A DNA stretch of 64,000 nt from Octopus sinensis (Eukaryota), in NCBI RefSeq assembly GCF_006345805.1, contig NC_043005.1, forward strand, positions 96,162,001 through 96,226,000, read 5' to 3'. The position numbers and the translations under genes are program-made. Below the pieces are notes generated by a model. It saw nothing but the letters and a program-made list of their open reading frames with translations. It searched no databases and had not been told where the DNA came from. Positions 61,501 through 64,000 of this stretch are shown here, piece by piece (positions within the stretch are counted from its first letter, which is position 1; each line of letters starts with the position of its first letter).

Positions 61501-63051
61501 AATCTTTTTACACATGCCACCGGCACAGGTGCCAGTAAGGCGACGTTGGTAACGATCACGCTTGAATGGTGCCCTTTTACGTGCCACCAGCATGGAAGCC
61601 AGTTGGCTGCTCTGGCAACGATCAACTAAACACAGCAAAATGTTTGGTCTGGTTCTACTTTTTCCAACCTCTTTTTAATAACGATATAATGTTAGTAAGG
61701 ATAATGATGATGATGATATTTAACCCCAGGTCAACTCTGATTATACAGGCTTACAATCAAAAGCATATCAGCCATGGTCATTCTATCTTTTGTTTTTATA
61801 TTACTGGGGAATGTGTCATTCTTTAAGATGATAGTATGAGAATTGAAGGAGATTTGGATGCCATTTCTAGAAGGTTAAGTGACCATGAAACACTTCTCTA
61901 ATTAGCTCACAATGGTAATGATGGTGGTGACGACGAGGAAGAGGAGGATGGTCATTACAACCATTAAATTGTCTTTGAGTAGGTGTAATGGAAGAAATAC
62001 CCTGTGTTATTTATTGTTACCAGAACATTCCTTTATCACACACAGTGAATGACTAAATAGAAATCTAAATCCAATCTCCCATATATTGTTCACAAACTGC
62101 ATGATATAAAATCAAGCCAGTCATAGCCAATTTGATCAATTCAGACCATATTTGGAATTTGACCAGTTTTAAATATGCTTAAGGGAATAGGATGTTGGGC
62201 TCATAAGGTAGGTAGGTTTGATTCCTGGACTGGCCAATGCCTCATTTTATGCTACTCCAGTCTACTCAGGTGAACATGAGTACCAGCTGAGTACTGACTC
62301 AGGTCTCCCTCTCCTTCATCAGTTACATCATTGATGTTTTGCTCCTGGATCAAGGGTGAGAGAGCCGAGAAGGTCTTTATGTCTGCTACAACTAAATTGG
62401 TACTTCAAACAATCAGCAGAGTACATGAAACCATGTCATCCACCCTGTGAATGATGGTTAAGTTATTTTAATCATTTAATATTTAGATTACTGTCAAATG
62501 TAATGTTTATATAATAGCATTGTTTCAAATCAATTCTTTTGATACCAACTTGACCAAGACTACTTATGGTTCCATAATACAAATTTTGTGTTTTAACGCT
62601 TTCTAATTTAAAACTTTTTGTTAAAGTTCCATATTAATTTAATAAGCTTAATAATGACAGAGTTATATCACTAAATTCTTCATAAATTTCAAAATTAATT
62701 GCAACAAAGCAGTGTATTTCAACAGAAATATGGTTACAAAAGGGTTAGCCATGCATTATCTCAAAGCTTCAATATTTTAATGATACTGTTTATTTTTAGA
62801 ATTATATTTTAGTGCACATGTGAGACCGGATCTAGAATATTTGGGCTGAATATGGCCAGTTTAAATGGTAACGAGTAAAATGTAATTGAAAGCCATACCT
62901 TTTGGGGACAGCAGCAAAATTTGCATGAGTATAGCGACTCATCATATCTACACAGGTTTCAGTTAACTCCATGTGAAACTGGTACGTTTTCTCATTGATA
63001 GGCAGGTTAGTTGAAGACTCTTGTAAAGACGATCCATATTTAAAACGCCGC
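33449..63051 (-). CDS. TSC2: Tuberin (tuberous sclerosis complex 2), C-terminal ~881 aa including the Rap/Ran-GAP domain; complement(join(62899..63051,60575..61008,58538..58888,57801..57877,55908..56348,47510..47908,45869..45955,43828..44017,42791..42930,38452..38539,34268..34356,33449..33646))
   Basis: Twelve GT-AG exons with consistent phases. Motifs match human TSC2 as recalled: [126 protein letters not shown]. Confidence 0.95.
34268..34356 (-). CDS. TSC2: TSC2 exon ([30 protein letters not shown])
   Basis: Matches the SDRNLPFVARQMALHAN block; cttttag acceptor, gtaagt donor. Confidence 0.92.
34785..35012. mobile_element. TTAA-flanked MITE, family 2 (related copies ~2146-2380, 3048-3245, 17285-17490, 21480-21645, 25870-26100, 49736-49945, 62480-62870)
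   Basis: Shared core CCTCTCACAC..ACAATGTCATTCTAAAAATAAAC..GCTACAAGATAATGCATG, with TTAACC..TAGCATT termini. Confidence 0.7.
37562..37835 (+). mobile_element. SINE family A
   Basis: Same family sequence, TGA tail. Confidence 0.85.
38452..38539 (-). CDS. TSC2: TSC2 GAP-domain exon ([29 protein letters not shown])
   Basis: Matches the GQFNFVHVIVTPLD block; tgcag acceptor, gtaaga donor. Confidence 0.92.
38860..39257. mobile_element. Non-autonomous element with subterminal inverted repeats (HINE/DINE-like, tentative)
   Basis: ACCTCCGCCAA near the 5' end and TTGGCGGAGGT at the 3' end; A/T-rich flanks; family assignment from memory. Confidence 0.45.
39560..42006 (+). mobile_element. 5'-truncated, degenerate RTE-clade LINE (RT, PHD-like finger, 3' tail ending in (TGA)n)
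   Basis: Broken ORFs with [42 protein letters not shown], GVHQGxVLSPLLF, LLYADE (YADD decayed), [10 protein letters not shown]; frameshifts and stops; TGA-repeat tail. Confidence 0.9.
42139..42658 (-). mobile_element. SINE family A with ~6 internal tandem units
   Basis: Repeated GGTGCTTTTTA(C/T)GTGCCA units. Confidence 0.85.
42791..42930 (-). CDS. TSC2: TSC2 GAP-domain exon ([11 protein letters not shown]...[15 protein letters not shown]...)
   Basis: Contains the KKRHxGND catalytic 'Asn-thumb' motif; phase 1 to 0. Confidence 0.95.
43828..44017 (-). CDS. TSC2: TSC2 GAP-domain exon ([14 protein letters not shown]...[14 protein letters not shown])
   Basis: Conserved motifs; phase 0 to 1. Confidence 0.95.
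44330..45390 (+). mobile_element. Degenerate Dong/R4-type LINE reverse transcriptase fragment
   Basis: [53 protein letters not shown] and HHPKAD motifs, with many stops. Confidence 0.75.
45401..45815 (-). mobile_element. SINE family A
   Basis: Same family sequence. Confidence 0.85.
45869..45955 (-). CDS. TSC2: TSC2 GAP-domain exon ([29 protein letters not shown])
   Basis: Hallmark GAP N-terminal motif; cacag acceptor, gtaaat donor. Confidence 0.95.
47510..47908 (-). CDS. TSC2: TSC2 exon (...RPRGQTIS...[12 protein letters not shown]...LPNNQ)
   Basis: ORF 47456..47854; gtgagt donor; nearby in-frame AGs make the acceptor slightly uncertain. Confidence 0.9.
48690..48875 (+). mobile_element. 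SINE family A / RTE-tail copy
   Basis: Same 3' tail. Confidence 0.7.
49447..49690 (-). mobile_element. SINE family A
   Basis: Same family sequence. Confidence 0.85.
50690..50940 (+). mobile_element. Old 3' end of a second RTE-like LINE
   Basis: ORF 50692..50934 has [13 protein letters not shown] and MEDR motifs resembling RTE C-termini. Confidence 0.5.
50948..51808 (+). mobile_element. Internally deleted mariner transposon
   Basis: TA TSDs at 50946-47 and 51809-10; imperfect TIRs TGAG..GGTATCAAAAA.TT.CC..GACTAGT; remnants [19 protein letters not shown] and [20 protein letters not shown] (YSPDL-like). Confidence 0.88.
52785..53185 (-). mobile_element. tRNA-headed SINE family C (related ~14480-14680, 55090-55470(+), 58150-58485(+), 63180-63520(-))
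   Basis: GGTTCA.TCCCACTGC.TGGCA.CTTGGGCAAGT head with internal CA/TG microsatellite. Confidence 0.65.
55908..56348 (-). CDS. TSC2: TSC2 exon ([22 protein letters not shown]...HTAFP)
   Basis: KSTSSP resembles human KSSSSP; tttcag acceptor; gttagt donor chosen for phase 0, so the 3' boundary is less certain. Confidence 0.75.
56870..57569. mobile_element. Non-autonomous Tc1/mariner-superfamily element (maT/rosa-like), ~157-bp terminal inverted arms
   Basis: TA-CAGGGTGTCCCAAAAGTCACTGA...TCAGTGACTTTTGGGACACCTTG-TA; minus-strand remnant [18 protein letters not shown]...[11 protein letters not shown]. Confidence 0.88.
57801..57877 (-). CDS. TSC2: TSC2 exon ([26 protein letters not shown])
   Basis: ttttccag acceptor; its phase bridges the flanking exons (1 to 0). 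Confidence 0.75.
58538..58888 (-). CDS. TSC2: TSC2 exon (...[22 protein letters not shown]...)
   Basis: Inside ORF 58479..58898; phase 1 to 1. Confidence 0.92.
58950..59120 (+). mobile_element. SINE family A / RTE-tail copy followed by (TAA)n
   Basis: Same 3' tail. Confidence 0.7.
59215..59680 (+). mobile_element. Degenerate 3' (RLE endonuclease) end of a Dong/R4-type LINE
   Basis: Decayed [27 protein letters not shown]...KKVKKYQD and VVPIL motifs. Confidence 0.55.
59760..60500 (-). mobile_element. Cluster of about four tandem family-B SINE fragments
   Basis: Repeated AAAGGATGAAA.GCAAAGT..AC..GGCA.AATTTGAACTCAG. Confidence 0.75.
60575..61008 (-). CDS. TSC2: TSC2 exon ([21 protein letters not shown]...SSPHILP)
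   Basis: Inside ORF 60558..61061; tttttttcag acceptor, gtaagt donor. Confidence 0.92.
61276..61625 (-). mobile_element. SINE family A
   Basis: Same family sequence. Confidence 0.85.
62899..63051 (-). CDS. TSC2: TSC2 exon (...[27 protein letters not shown])
   Basis: cag acceptor and gtatgg donor on minus, phase 2 to 2. Confidence 0.9.
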
Positions 63052-63579
63052 CTGTTTACAAGCAGAAAGGAATGAAAACTAATATGTATCTAATTATTCA
63101 ACATAAATCAATAATTTGCATTTTTTGTTTTTCTTCCATTTCATTTTTATTTAGAGAATTAATACAGGAAATAAAAATACACTTTTATTCTTTTACTTGT
63201 TTCAATTGGACTGCATCCAAGCGGGGGCACTACCTTGAAGGGTTTTAGTCAAACAAATCAGCCCCAGGACTTACTCTTATAAGTTCAGTACTTATTCTGT
63301 CAATCTCTTTTGCCAAAAGCAAGGTTACAACATTGGTTGTCAAGCAGTGACAAACAAACACAAAAATACACATACATATATGTATGGTGGGCTTCTAAAC
63401 AGTTTGCATCTACAAGACAAAGCTTGCCCAAGGCTAAGCACTTGCTAAAGATGCTGTATAATGGGATTGAACCCCAAACTACATTGTTGCAAAGCAGACT
63501 TTTTAACCACATGGCCATACCTGCACCTATGTATAATCTTAATTATTTAAATTTCTTCTATTTTAAAATTTATTGCTTT

Positions 63580-63902
63580 TCATCATCATCATCGTTTAAC
63601 GTCCGCTTTCCATGCTAGCATGGGTTGGATGATTTGACTGAGGACTGGCGAACCAGATGGCTGCACCAGGCTCCAGTTTTGATCTGGCAGAGTTTCTACA
63701 GCTGGATGCCCTTCCTAATGCCAACCATTCCGAGAGTGTTTTTATGTGCCACCAGTACGAGGACTAGTCTGGTGGTACTGGCAACGGCCACGCTCAAATG
63801 GTGTTTTTTATGTGCCACCTGCACAGGAGTCAGTCCAGCGGCACTGGCAATGACCTCGCTCGAATGTTTTGTTCACGTACCAGTAAGGCAAAGCAGGTAA
63901 CG
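63580..63902 (-). mobile_element. SINE family A (an opposite-orientation partial copy follows at ~63912-64000)
   Basis: Same family sequence. Confidence 0.85.
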
Positions 63903-64000
63903 ATATATAGCTGAGGGGTCTTGGCTTATAACTGCTGCTGGTGCCATGTAAAAAGCACCCAGTACGCTCTATAAAGTGGTTGACATTAGGAAGGGCATCC

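Overview
AT-rich animal genomic DNA, dense in microsatellites and SINEs. The repeat families look like those of coleoid cephalopods (Octopus-like); this is an inference from recalled repeat families. Two intron-containing genes converge tail-to-tail. On + are the last six coding exons of the nuclear m6A reader YTHDC1 (309-8383). On - are the last twelve coding exons of tuberin TSC2, including the whole Rap/Ran-GAP domain (63051-33449, about 881 aa in the window). I reconstructed both exon chains by hand with GT-AG sites and consistent phases; both genes extend beyond the window. The rest is repeats: a 5'-truncated RTE LINE, Dong/R4-type LINE fragments, Tc1/mariner remnants, TTAA-flanked MITEs and several SINE families. 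Notable structures are a perfect 138-bp-arm hairpin just upstream of a polyA signal downstream of YTHDC1, a hammerhead-like motif in an AT-rich remnant, a 1.2-kb tandem duplication, a local inverted-plus-direct duplication, and a transposon apparently made of two inverted 3' ends. No prokaryotic features, CRISPR, rRNA or intact tRNA genes were seen. Repeat boundaries are approximate unless TIR/TSD positions are given.
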